Positions 27,315-36,247 of a stretch of DNA of 63,891 nucleotides are shown in pieces (within the stretch, counting starts at the first letter, position 1; each line of letters starts with the position of its first letter). The translations under genes were made by a program, and so were the position numbers. The stretch covers positions 1 through 63,891 of the forward strand of contig JBBSHM010000006.1 of the NCBI GenBank assembly GCA_038253125.1. Reading direction: 5' to 3'. The notes under the pieces were generated by a model. That model saw nothing but the letters and a program-made list of their open reading frames with translations, had not been told where the DNA came from and made no database searches. Source of the DNA: Acidimicrobiales bacterium (GTDB taxonomy: Bacteria > Actinomycetota > Acidimicrobiia > Acidimicrobiales > JAUJNH01).

Positions 27315-28340
27315 ATGAGCCCCGCTACCAACGACCTGCCGTTCGGTCACTTGCCTGTGCTCCTCCGGCCGGTGGTCGCCATCCTGGCCGACGGCCCGCC
27401 GGGCTGGGTGCTCGACGCCACCCTGGGCGGCGGCGGCCACGCCGCCGCCCTGCTCCACGCCGCGCCCCACCTGTCCGTGCTCGGCCTCGACCGCGACGCC
27501 GACGCCCGGGCCGCCGCCGGCGAACGGCTGGCACCCTTCGCCGGCCGGGCCAAGATCGTGGCCGGCCGCTTCGCCGACCTGGGCGAGCTGTGCACCGCCG
27601 CCGGTGTGCGGCGCCTCAGCGGTGCGATGTTCGACCTCGGGGTGTCGAGCCCCCAGCTGGACCGGCTCGACCGGGGCTTCAGCCATCGGGGCGCCGGGCC
27701 CCTCGACATGAGGATGGACCGCTCGGGCGGTCGCACCGCGGCTGACCTGGTCAACGGCCTCGATGAGGCTGCGCTCGCCGCCGTGCTGGAGGCCGGAGGC
27801 GAGGAGCGCTTCGCCCGGCGCGTGGCCCGGGCCCTGGTGGCGGCCCGGCCGGTGATCACCACCGACCGGTTGGCCGAGCTTGTTCGTGGTGCCATCCCGG
27901 CGTTCGCACGACGGCGGGGCGGCGACCCGGCGAACCGGGCCTTCCAGGCGCTGCGCATCGCCGTCAACGACGAGCTGGACCAGCTCGGGCCGGCGCTGAA
28001 CCAGGCACTTGACCTGATGGCGCCCGGCGGACGGCTCGTCGTGCTGTCCTACCACTCGGGCGAGGACCGCATCGTCAAGCAGGTGCTGGCCCGTGTGACT
28101 GAGCAGCCGAGGCCGCCGGGGGGGCTGCCTCCTCCGAGCGGCGTCGCCCCCCGGCCGTTCCGTCGCCTGCGTGGCGTGCCCCGCACCGCTCCTGACGCCG
28201 AGGTCGCCGCCAACCGCCGGGCGGCGTCGGTGCGCATGCGGGCCGTGGAGCGCATCAGCGATGAGCCCATCACCGGCCAGCCCGTCACCGACGAGCCCAT
28301 CACCGGCCAGCCCATAACCGAAGACGGAGGTCACCAGTGA
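27315..28340 (+). CDS. rsmH: 16S rRNA m4C1402 methyltransferase
   Basis: HLPVLL, DATLGGGGH, DLGVSSPQLD, FQALRIAVNDEL, SYHSGEDRIVK. Confidence 0.96.
   Translation: MSPATNDLPFGHLPVLLRPVVAILADGPPGWVLDATLGGGGHAAALLHAAPHLSVLGLDRDADARAAAGERLAPFAGRAKIVAGRFADLGELCTAAGVRRLSGAMFDLGVSSPQLDRLDRGFSHRGAGPLDMRMDRSGGRTAADLVNGLDEAALAAVLEAGGEERFARRVARALVAARPVITTDRLAELVRGAIPAFARRRGGDPANRAFQALRIAVNDELDQLGPALNQALDLMAPGGRLVVLSYHSGEDRIVKQVLARVTEQPRPPGGLPPPSGVAPRPFRRLRGVPRTAPDAEVAANRRAASVRMRAVERISDEPITGQPVTDEPITGQPITEDGGHQ
28260..28319 (+). repeat. 30-bp in-frame duplication at rsmH C-terminus
   Basis: Encodes DEPITGQPVT DEPITGQPIT. Confidence 0.85.
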
Positions 28341-28807
28341 CCGCTCTGCTGCGCCCTCAACGCCATCCCGAGCCGCAAGCCCGCCCGGGCCTGCGGCTGG
28401 TCGCCGGAAGGTCGGCTGGCGCCGGACGCTCCGCCGGCGGCCGGCGTCGGCTTGTGCTGGTGGCGAGCGGCCTCCTCTTCGCCGCCGTCCTGGCCGGCAA
28501 CGTGAGCGTCTACGCCACGACGAACCAGGGCCAGTTCGAGCTGGAGCGGCTCCAGCACGGGACGGCCACCCGCGAGACGAGGTACCAGCAGCTCCGCCTC
28601 CAGGTCGCCCAGCTGCAGGCGCCCGAGCGCGTGGTGGAGCGCGCCCGCCAGCTGGGCATGATCGAGCCGGCGAAGGTGACGTACCTGACGCCGACGGCGA
28701 GCACCTCGGCCGCCGGGCCGGCGCCGCGGCCCAGCGTCACGGGTCCCGCCACCGAGGCGGCCCAGAGCTGGGGCCAGGTCAAGCCGCAGCTCGACGGACG
28801 CCCATGA
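28337..28807 (+). CDS. ftsL: Cell division protein FtsL-like
   Basis: One TM plus coiled coil, APERVVERARQLGM; between rsmH and ftsI. Confidence 0.75.
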   Translation: MTALLRPQRHPEPQARPGLRLVAGRSAGAGRSAGGRRRLVLVASGLLFAAVLAGNVSVYATTNQGQFELERLQHGTATRETRYQQLRLQVAQLQAPERVVERARQLGMIEPAKVTYLTPTASTSAAGPAPRPSVTGPATEAAQSWGQVKPQLDGRP

Positions 28808-31416
28808 GGTGGGCCCGCCCGCCGCTCAGGCCCTTGACGGCCGACGAGCTGCGACCGTCCCGCCGAGGCCGCGCCGCGCCCGTCGCAGCACCGGCTGCGC
28901 CCCGGCGGCCGCCGCCCCGCAGCCTGTCCAGCGAGGAGCTTCGACCCTCCCGCCGCCGGGCCGCCGGCATCGCCGCCCGAGCCGCCGGCACCGGCACGCG
29001 CGTCGGCCGGGCCGCGGTGAAGGCCGGTTGGGACGAGGCGGTCCGCGGCCCGGCAGAGCGGACGGGCCGAAGCCGGCGCGGCCCGGTGGAGCGGGAAGTG
29101 CGGCAATCGGCTCGCGGGCCAGGCTCGGCCGGCAACGCCGCTGTGCACCCCCGGTCGCGCCGGGCCACGCCGGGGCGCTGGACCGCCGCCCACCAACACC
29201 GCGACCGGGCCCGGTCGGGCAGTGCCGCTGCGCTGCTGAGGAGGGGAGGCACCCTGCTGCCCTCGCCGAGCGAGCGGCGCCGCCGCCAGGCCCAGCGGGC
29301 CGCGGCCATCGCCGACATCGACACGACCCGGACCACGCCGAAGCGGCTGCGCACCCTGCTGGTGGTGTGCGTCCTGGTGGCGGTCGGGATCGTCGGCCGG
29401 CTGGTCGAGCTGCAGGTGTACCAGGCGCCCGGGCTGGCCGAGCGGGCGCGCAAGCAGCTCGTCCGCACGGACCGGCTGCCCGCCGAACGGGGGTCGATCT
29501 TCGACCGGTCCGGCCGCGATCTCGCCATCTCGGTCAAGGTCCCGACGATCGCCGCCGATCCCAGCCAGGTCACCGACGTCGCCTCTGAGGCCCAGCTGCT
29601 CTCGTCGCTGGTGAACGTCGACGCCAAGGTCATCGGGGAACGCCTGGCGCGGCCCGGCGCCAAGTTCACCTACATAGCGCGCATGGTGGACGACCAGACG
29701 GCCAAGAGGGTGGCCGAGCGGGCCAAGGACCTACCCGGGGTTTTCAGCTTCCTCGAGCCGAAGCGCTTCCTGCCGGCCGGCACCCTGGCCCTGCCGCTCC
29801 TCGGCAAGGTGAGCCCGGAGGGCGACGGCCTGAGCGGGCTCGAGTACCAGTACCGCAACGTCCTGGCCGGCAAGCCCGGGAAGCTGGTCAGCGAGCGGGA
29901 CCAGCAGGGTCGGGAGATCCCCGGTGGCCGAATCAACCTCGACCCCTCGGCCCGGGGTGACGACCTGGTGCTCACCATCGACCGCTCCCTGCAGTACGAG
30001 ACCGAGCAGCGCCTGGCCCAGCAGATCAGCGCCACATCCGCCAAGGGCGGCACCGCCATGGTCATGGACACCGCCAGCGGCGACCTGCTGGCCGTGGCCA
30101 ACCTCCGGGCCGAGGAGCCGGCAGCGGGTGCGAGCCCGCCGGCCGGTCAGCCGCGCCAGATAGTGCCCGCCGACAAAGACGAGGCGGTGACCAAGGTGTA
30201 CGAGCCCGGGTCGGTGGCCAAGCTGATAACCGTCGCCGGGGCCATCGAGGACGCCAAGGTGCGGCCCGACCAGACGCTTCAGGTCCCGAACGCCGTCCAA
30301 GTGGCCGACCACCTCTACAAGGAGAACGAGCCCCACCCGACAGAGGCATGGAGCATCACCGACATCCTGGCCAACTCCTCCAACGTCGGCACGATCATGA
30401 TCGGCCAGGAGCTCGGCAAGCAGCGCTTCGACTCCTATCTGCGGGCCTTCGGCTTCGGGTCGCGGACCGGGATGGGCGACCCGGGCGAGAGCCCGGGGAT
30501 CCTGGTCGACCCGTCCGCCTACACCGGCACGTCGATGGGCTCGTTCCCCATCGGCCAGGGCATCGGCGTCACCGCCGCCCAGATGCTCGCCGCCTACAAC
30601 ACCGTGGCCAACGGCGGGGTCTACGTCCCCCCCCGCCTGGTGCGGGCCACCGTCGGGCCGGACGGCACCCAGCGGCCGGCGCCGGCGCCAGAGCCCCGGC
30701 GCATCATCGCCCCCCAGACCGCAGCCGAGATGACCAAGATGCTGAGCGAGGTGGTGCGGGTCGGCACCGGCACCCTCGCCGCCGTCGACGGCTACACCGT
30801 CGCCGGCAAGACGGGCACCGCCCGCAAGCCGCTGGTCGGCCAGCGGGGCTACGAGCAGGGCGCCTACGTCTCCTCCTTCGCCGGGTTCGTCCCGGCCGAG
30901 CAGCCCCAGCTGACCGCCATGGTGATACTCGACCAGCCGACCCCGATCTTCGGCGGCCTGGCCGCCGCCCCGGTGTTCGCCGAGGTGTCCCGCTACGCCC
31001 TGCAGGAGCTGCGCATCCCGCCGCCCTTGGCCGGTCTGAAGCCGACCATGGCCCGCTCGGCTGACGCCCAGTCCGCCCGAGGGGTGGGCGACGTCGGAGA
31101 CGTCTCGGCCCCGGCCGTCCTCACGGCGTCGGCCCCCCCGCCGGCGGCCCCGACGACCACGGAGGTCCCCGCCTCCTCGACCAGCTCGAACCCGTCCACC
31201 TCGGCTCCTCCGTCGGCGTCGCCTCCCACGGCGACGGCCTCGACCCAGAGCGTGACGGGGGCGGCCAGCGCCCGCGCCGGCCCTGCACATCCCGCTCCGG
31301 GGGGCCGCTCAGGCCCTGCGCCTCCCGCTCCGGGGGGCCGCTCAGGCCCTGCGCCTCCCGCTCCGGGGGGCCGCTCAGGCCCGGGCCCGGCGGGTACGAT
31401 TGGTAGCCGGCCGTGA
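28804..31416 (+). CDS. ftsI: Class B penicillin-binding protein FtsI
   Basis: RGSIFDRSG, GLEYQY, YEPGSVAK (SxxK), SSN, KTGTA; long Arg-rich N-terminus; start uncertain. Confidence 0.9.
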   Translation: MRWARPPLRPLTADELRPSRRGRAAPVAAPAAPRRPPPRSLSSEELRPSRRRAAGIAARAAGTGTRVGRAAVKAGWDEAVRGPAERTGRSRRGPVEREVRQSARGPGSAGNAAVHPRSRRATPGRWTAAHQHRDRARSGSAAALLRRGGTLLPSPSERRRRQAQRAAAIADIDTTRTTPKRLRTLLVVCVLVAVGIVGRLVELQVYQAPGLAERARKQLVRTDRLPAERGSIFDRSGRDLAISVKVPTIAADPSQVTDVASEAQLLSSLVNVDAKVIGERLARPGAKFTYIARMVDDQTAKRVAERAKDLPGVFSFLEPKRFLPAGTLALPLLGKVSPEGDGLSGLEYQYRNVLAGKPGKLVSERDQQGREIPGGRINLDPSARGDDLVLTIDRSLQYETEQRLAQQISATSAKGGTAMVMDTASGDLLAVANLRAEEPAAGASPPAGQPRQIVPADKDEAVTKVYEPGSVAKLITVAGAIEDAKVRPDQTLQVPNAVQVADHLYKENEPHPTEAWSITDILANSSNVGTIMIGQELGKQRFDSYLRAFGFGSRTGMGDPGESPGILVDPSAYTGTSMGSFPIGQGIGVTAAQMLAAYNTVANGGVYVPPRLVRATVGPDGTQRPAPAPEPRRIIAPQTAAEMTKMLSEVVRVGTGTLAAVDGYTVAGKTGTARKPLVGQRGYEQGAYVSSFAGFVPAEQPQLTAMVILDQPTPIFGGLAAAPVFAEVSRYALQELRIPPPLAGLKPTMARSADAQSARGVGDVGDVSAPAVLTASAPPPAAPTTTEVPASSTSSNPSTSAPPSASPPTATASTQSVTGAASARAGPAHPAPGGRSGPAPPAPGGRSGPAPPAPGGRSGPGPAGTIGSRP
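31279..31382 (+). repeat. 33-bp tandem repeat x3 in ftsI C-terminal tail
   Basis: GGCCCTGCGCCTCCCGCTCCGGGGGGCCGCTCA units at 31279, 31312, 31345; encodes GPAPPAPGGRS. Confidence 0.92.
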
Positions 31417-31432
31417 CCGTCACGACCAGGAG

Positions 31433-32818
31433 GTGAGCCCGGTGCGGCTCGATCAGCTCCTTGACGGCACCTCGGTGCGCGCCGTACACGGTGACGGCTC
31501 AGTCGAGGTGACGGCGGTCACCTTCGATTCGCGCGCCGTGAAACCAGGCGCCCTCCACTGCTGCATCCCCGGGGCCCACCATGACGGCCAGCGGTTCGCC
31601 GCCGATGCGGTGGCCGCGGGCGCCGCCTCACTGCTGCTCCGCCACGACGTCGACCTGCCCGTCACCCGGGTTCTGGTCGACGACCCGCAGGCGGCCATGG
31701 CCCCGGTCGCAGCCTCCCTCTACGACAACCCCAGCCGATCGCTGGCCGTGGTCGGCGTCACCGGCACCAACGGCAAGACCACCACCACCCACCTGATCGC
31801 CCACATGCTCACCGCCGCGGGCCAGCGCTGCTCGACCCTGGGGACCCTGACCGGCGGCTTCTCGACGATCACCACACCCGAGGCGCCCTTCCTGCAGCGG
31901 GCGCTGGCATCGGCCCGCAGCCGTGGCGACTCGGCCGTGGCCCTGGAGGTCTCGAGCCACGCCCTGGTGCGCCACCGGGTGGATGCCACCGACTTCGCGG
32001 TGGCGGTTTTCACCGGCCTGTCCCAGGACCACCTGGACGAGCACGGGACGATGGACGCGTACTTCGCGGCCAAGGCCCGGCTCTTCACCGACCACCCGGT
32101 CGGACACGCCGTGATCGTCGTCGATGACGGCTGGGGCGCCCGCCTGGCCGTCGACGTCGAGGCCGCCGGTCGGGTGCCCGTGACCAGGGTCACGCTGGCC
32201 GACTGGCGCATCGGCTGGGCCCTGCCGCTGCCGGGCGACCACAACCGCCGCAACGCCCTGTGCGCTCTCGCTGTGGGCCGTTGCCTCGGGGTCAGCCGGC
32301 GGGACGCCGTCGAGGCGCTCGCCTCGGTACCGCCGGTACCCGGGCGGATGGAGAGGATCGATGCCGGCCAGGCCTTTGACGCCTACGTGGACTACGCCCA
32401 CAAGCCCGGTGCCCTCGAAGCCGTGCTCCAGGCCGCCCGCCCGACGGGTGGCCGGGTGCTGGTGGTCTTCGGCTGTGGCGGCGACCGGGACCGGTCGAAG
32501 CGGGCCGAGATGGGCCGCCTGGCCGCCGTACTGGCCGACGTGGCCATCATCACGACCGACAACCCGCGCCGCGAAGACCCGATGGCCATCATCGGCGACG
32601 TGCTCGCCGGCATCGATGACGATCGGGCCCGGGCCGAGGTGCACGTCGAGCCCGACCGCCGGCGGGCGATAGAGATGGGCGTTCGACTCGCTCACCCCGG
32701 CGACGTCCTGCTCGTGGCCGGCAAGGGTCATGAGCTGACCCAGGACATCGGGGCCAACCGCCAGCCCTTCGACGACCGCGACGAGGTCCGGCGGGCTGTG
32801 CTGGGCCGGCCCTCGTGA
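31433..32818 (+). CDS. murE: UDP-MurNAc-dipeptide:meso-DAP ligase
   Basis: GVTGTNGKTTT, EVSSHAL, DYAHKP, DNPR DAP-specificity motif, AGKGHE. Confidence 0.93.
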   Translation: MSPVRLDQLLDGTSVRAVHGDGSVEVTAVTFDSRAVKPGALHCCIPGAHHDGQRFAADAVAAGAASLLLRHDVDLPVTRVLVDDPQAAMAPVAASLYDNPSRSLAVVGVTGTNGKTTTTHLIAHMLTAAGQRCSTLGTLTGGFSTITTPEAPFLQRALASARSRGDSAVALEVSSHALVRHRVDATDFAVAVFTGLSQDHLDEHGTMDAYFAAKARLFTDHPVGHAVIVVDDGWGARLAVDVEAAGRVPVTRVTLADWRIGWALPLPGDHNRRNALCALAVGRCLGVSRRDAVEALASVPPVPGRMERIDAGQAFDAYVDYAHKPGALEAVLQAARPTGGRVLVVFGCGGDRDRSKRAEMGRLAAVLADVAIITTDNPRREDPMAIIGDVLAGIDDDRARAEVHVEPDRRRAIEMGVRLAHPGDVLLVAGKGHELTQDIGANRQPFDDRDEVRRAVLGRPS

Positions 32819-33909
32819 TCAGCCTCCTCATCGCCGTCGCCGTCAGCACCGTCTTCTCGGTGCTCGGCACCCCGTTCGTGATCCGCTACTTCCGCCGTCA
32901 GGGGATAGGTCAGCAGATCCGCGAGGACGGACCCGAGGGCCACTTCACAAAGGCGGGCACGCCGACGATGGGTGGGCTCATGATCGTGGCCGGCGGCATC
33001 GCCGGCTACGCCGCCGCCCACCTCCGCCGAGGCCCGGAGCGGGCCTTCTTCAGCCGTGCCGCGCTCCTGGTCGTGCTGCTCATCGTCGGCGGGTCGATCA
33101 TCGGTGGGCTCGACGACTACCTGAAGGTCAGCCGGGAGCGCAGCCTGGGGCTGAGCAAGCGGGCCAAGAGCGGCGGGCAGCTGGCCCTCGCCCTGGTCTT
33201 CGCGTGGCTGGCCCGCACCACCGCCAACGCTCCGACCACCATCTCCTTCGTCCGGACCGACGGCTTCCACATCGACCTCGGCCTCGTCGGCTGGGTCGTG
33301 TTCGTCGTGCTGCTGGTGACCGGCACCTCGAACGCCGTGAACCTCACCGACGGCCTCGACGGTCTCGCCGCCGGATCGGCGGCCTTTGCCTTCTCGGCCT
33401 TCGCCCTCATCGCCTTCTGGCAGTTCCGCCACAGCCCCGTCTACGCCGTGCCCCAGGCCCAGGACCTGGCCATCCTGGCGGTTGCCATGCTGGGCGGATG
33501 CGTCGGCTTCCTGTGGTGGAACGCCGCCCCGGCCCGGATCTTCATGGGCGACACCGGCAGCCTGGCCATCGGCGCCGGCCTGGCCGGCCTGGCCCTGTTC
33601 ACCCGCACGCCACTGCTGCTGCCGCTCGTCGGGGGGCTCTTCGTCGCCGAGACGCTGTCGGTCATCATCCAGGTCTTCTCGTTCCGGGTGTTCCGCCGCC
33701 GGGTGTTCAAGATGGCGCCGATCCACCACCACTTCGAGCAGCGAGGGTGGCCGGAGACCACGGTGATCATCCGCTTCTGGCTGATCGCCGGAGCGCTCAC
33801 CGCAGCCACTCTCGGGGTCTTCTACTCCGACTACCTCCTGCGCTGCCCCGGCACACCTGGGTCGCGGCAGTGCTCGGCTCCGCCGTCGCCCCCGGAGAAG
33901 GTGGGCTGA
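32815..33909 (+). CDS. mraY: Phospho-MurNAc-pentapeptide transferase
   Basis: KAGTPTMGG, NAVNLTDGLDGLA, FMGDTGSL, MAPIHHHFE. Confidence 0.97.
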   Translation: MISLLIAVAVSTVFSVLGTPFVIRYFRRQGIGQQIREDGPEGHFTKAGTPTMGGLMIVAGGIAGYAAAHLRRGPERAFFSRAALLVVLLIVGGSIIGGLDDYLKVSRERSLGLSKRAKSGGQLALALVFAWLARTTANAPTTISFVRTDGFHIDLGLVGWVVFVVLLVTGTSNAVNLTDGLDGLAAGSAAFAFSAFALIAFWQFRHSPVYAVPQAQDLAILAVAMLGGCVGFLWWNAAPARIFMGDTGSLAIGAGLAGLALFTRTPLLLPLVGGLFVAETLSVIIQVFSFRVFRRRVFKMAPIHHHFEQRGWPETTVIIRFWLIAGALTAATLGVFYSDYLLRCPGTPGSRQCSAPPSPPEKVG

Positions 33910-35117
33910 TGGCGACGCCCGGCTCCACCTCCGCCAGGCTCGGCTTCTCCACCGCCGCCGGCATCATCCTGGTCGTCGCCGCCCTGAACTTGGTCGGGCT
34001 CGTCATGATCCTGTCGGCCTCGTCGGTGCTGTCGATCCGTGGTCACGGGTCGGCCTGGTACTTCGTGGTGAAGCAGGCGGTGTGGGCCACCCTCGGCGTC
34101 GTCGCCCTGCTGGCTGCCATCCGGGTCGACCACCGGCGGCTGCGCCCGTTGGCCAAGCCGGCCATGTTGGTGACCGTCCTCCTCCTGGTGCTGGTCCTGG
34201 TCCCCGGGGTCGGCACCAACGTGTCGGGATCGACCCGCTGGCTCAGCCTCGGCCCCCTGAACCTGCAGCCGTCCGAGCTGGTCAAGCTGGCTCTCGGTCT
34301 GTTCTGCGCCGACCTCCTGGCCCGCCGCCAGCGTCGGCTGAGCGATTGGCGGGTCGGTCTCCTCCCGGTCGCCGCCGCCACCGGCCTGCTCGTGACCCTG
34401 GTCATGGCCCAGCCCGACATGGGGACCTCGGCCTGCATCGTCCTGGTGGCCATCGGCTGCACGTTCGCGAGCGGGATCCCCTCCCGCCAGCTGCTGAGCA
34501 GCACCGCGGTCCTGGCGGCGGCCGGGGGCCTGGCCGGGCTGATGTCGCCGTACCGACGAAACCGGATCATGTCCTTCCGGCACCCGTTCCAGCAGTACGA
34601 CGGCAACGGCTATCAGCTCGCCCAGTCGCTGATGGGCCTGGGCTCGGGAGGCCCCAAGGGCGTCGGTCTGGGCCAGAGCCGGATGAAGTGGGGCTTCCTC
34701 CCGAACGCCCACACCGACTTCATCTTCGCGGTCATCGGCGAGGAGGGCGGCCTGGCCGGCACCCTGTTCGTCGTCGGCCTCTTCGTGGCGCTGGCCTGGC
34801 TCGGGCTCCGGGCCGCCACGCGGGCCCCCGACCGCTTCGGCACCCTGCTGGCGGCCGGCATCACGACGTGGCTGGTGGGCCAGGCCGTGATCAACATCTG
34901 CACGGTCCTCGGCCTCGCCCCGGTCACCGGCGTCCCCATGCCGTTCGTGTCCTTCGGGGGGTCGGCTCTGGTGATCTCGATGCTCGCCGTTGGCGTGCTG
35001 GCCAACATCGCCCGCACCGGGGAGCGCGAGCAGGCGGCGCCCGCCAAGGCTCGCCGGCCCGATGTCCACGTCGTCCCGCCGCCGACCCGACGACGTCAGC
35101 CCGCGAGCCGGCGGTGA
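33909..35117 (+). CDS. ftsW: SEDS glycosyltransferase FtsW
   Basis: QPSELVK, QPDMGT, LPNAHTDFIFAVIGEE, PFVSFGGS. Confidence 0.95.
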   Translation: MATPGSTSARLGFSTAAGIILVVAALNLVGLVMILSASSVLSIRGHGSAWYFVVKQAVWATLGVVALLAAIRVDHRRLRPLAKPAMLVTVLLLVLVLVPGVGTNVSGSTRWLSLGPLNLQPSELVKLALGLFCADLLARRQRRLSDWRVGLLPVAAATGLLVTLVMAQPDMGTSACIVLVAIGCTFASGIPSRQLLSSTAVLAAAGGLAGLMSPYRRNRIMSFRHPFQQYDGNGYQLAQSLMGLGSGGPKGVGLGQSRMKWGFLPNAHTDFIFAVIGEEGGLAGTLFVVGLFVALAWLGLRAATRAPDRFGTLLAAGITTWLVGQAVINICTVLGLAPVTGVPMPFVSFGGSALVISMLAVGVLANIARTGEREQAAPAKARRPDVHVVPPPTRRRQPASRR

Positions 35118-36247
35118 ACGCCACGGCCCGAGCGGGCCGGCGCTTCCTGCTCGGCGGGGGCGGCACAGCCGGCCACACCGTGCCGGCGATCGCCGTGGCC
35201 CGGGCGCTGGTGTCGGCCGGGGTCGAGGCCGGTTCGATCCGGTTCGTCGGGGGCCGGCGGGGGAGTGAGGGCCGACTGGTCCCCGAGGCCGGGTTCGCCA
35301 TCACGCTCCTGCCGGGACGGGGCATCGAGCGGCGGCTGACGGCCGCGAACGTGGGCGCCGTCCTCGGCCTCGCCCTCGGCTCGGCCCAGGCGCTGGCGCT
35401 GGTGCGGCGCGAGCGGCCCGCCGCCGTCCTCAGCGTCGGCGGCTACGCCGGGCTGCCCGTAGCCCTCGCCGCCGCCGCCCTCGGCCGGCCGCTGGTGGTG
35501 GCCGAGGCCAACGCCGTGCCCGGCAGCTCCAACCGGGTGGCCGCCCGCTTCGCCCGGGCCGCGGCGGTGTCGTTCGCCGGCACCGCGCTGCCCCGGGCCG
35601 TGCTGACCGGCAACCCGGTGCGGGCCGAGGTGCTGGCCATCGACCGCAGCCCCGCCGGCCGCTCGGCAGCCAAGGCGGCGCTCGGCCTGCCGCCCGGGCG
35701 GGTGGTGATCGGCGTCAGCGGGGGGAGCCTCGGCTCCCGACGGCTGAACGAGGCCGTGCGCGACCTGGCCGGGCGTTGGTCCGGGCGCGCCGACGTCGCC
35801 TTTCACCACGCCGTAGGCCGACGGGACTGGCCCTGCTTCACCCCGCCACCCACCGGCGCCCTGCACTACCGGGCGGTTGAGTACGAGGACCGCATGGAGC
35901 TTGTGCTGACCGCCGCCGACCTGTGGATCGGGCGGGCCGGCGGCTCCACCTGCGCCGAGCTCGGCGTGGCCGGTGTGCCTGCCGTCCTCATCCCACTTCC
36001 CGGCGCCCCGGGCGACCACCAGAGCGCCAACGCCGGCGCCATGGCCGCCGCCGGTGCCGCCGTCGTGCTGGCCGACTCCGAGCTGGCCGAGCCCGACCTC
36101 GCCGCCGAGCGCCTGGAGGAGATCATCGGGCCGCTCGTGGCCGACGCCGACCGCCGTCAGACCATGGCCACCGCCGCCCTGACCACCGGTCACCCCGACG
36201 CTGCCGCTCGGGTCGCCGCCCTGCTGCTGGAGCACGCCCGCCCGTGA
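35114..36247 (+). CDS. murG: MurG glycosyltransferase
   Basis: GGGTAGH, GGYA, EANAVPG, TGNPVR, GGSLGS, RAGGST, HQSANA. Confidence 0.95.
   Translation: MNATARAGRRFLLGGGGTAGHTVPAIAVARALVSAGVEAGSIRFVGGRRGSEGRLVPEAGFAITLLPGRGIERRLTAANVGAVLGLALGSAQALALVRRERPAAVLSVGGYAGLPVALAAAALGRPLVVAEANAVPGSSNRVAARFARAAAVSFAGTALPRAVLTGNPVRAEVLAIDRSPAGRSAAKAALGLPPGRVVIGVSGGSLGSRRLNEAVRDLAGRWSGRADVAFHHAVGRRDWPCFTPPPTGALHYRAVEYEDRMELVLTAADLWIGRAGGSTCAELGVAGVPAVLIPLPGAPGDHQSANAGAMAAAGAAVVLADSELAEPDLAAERLEEIIGPLVADADRRQTMATAALTTGHPDAAARVAALLLEHARP

Noticed and set aside
31279-31382. 33-bp repeats as a CRISPR array
   Set aside because: Units are directly adjacent with no unique spacers, lie inside a CDS, and there are no cas genes
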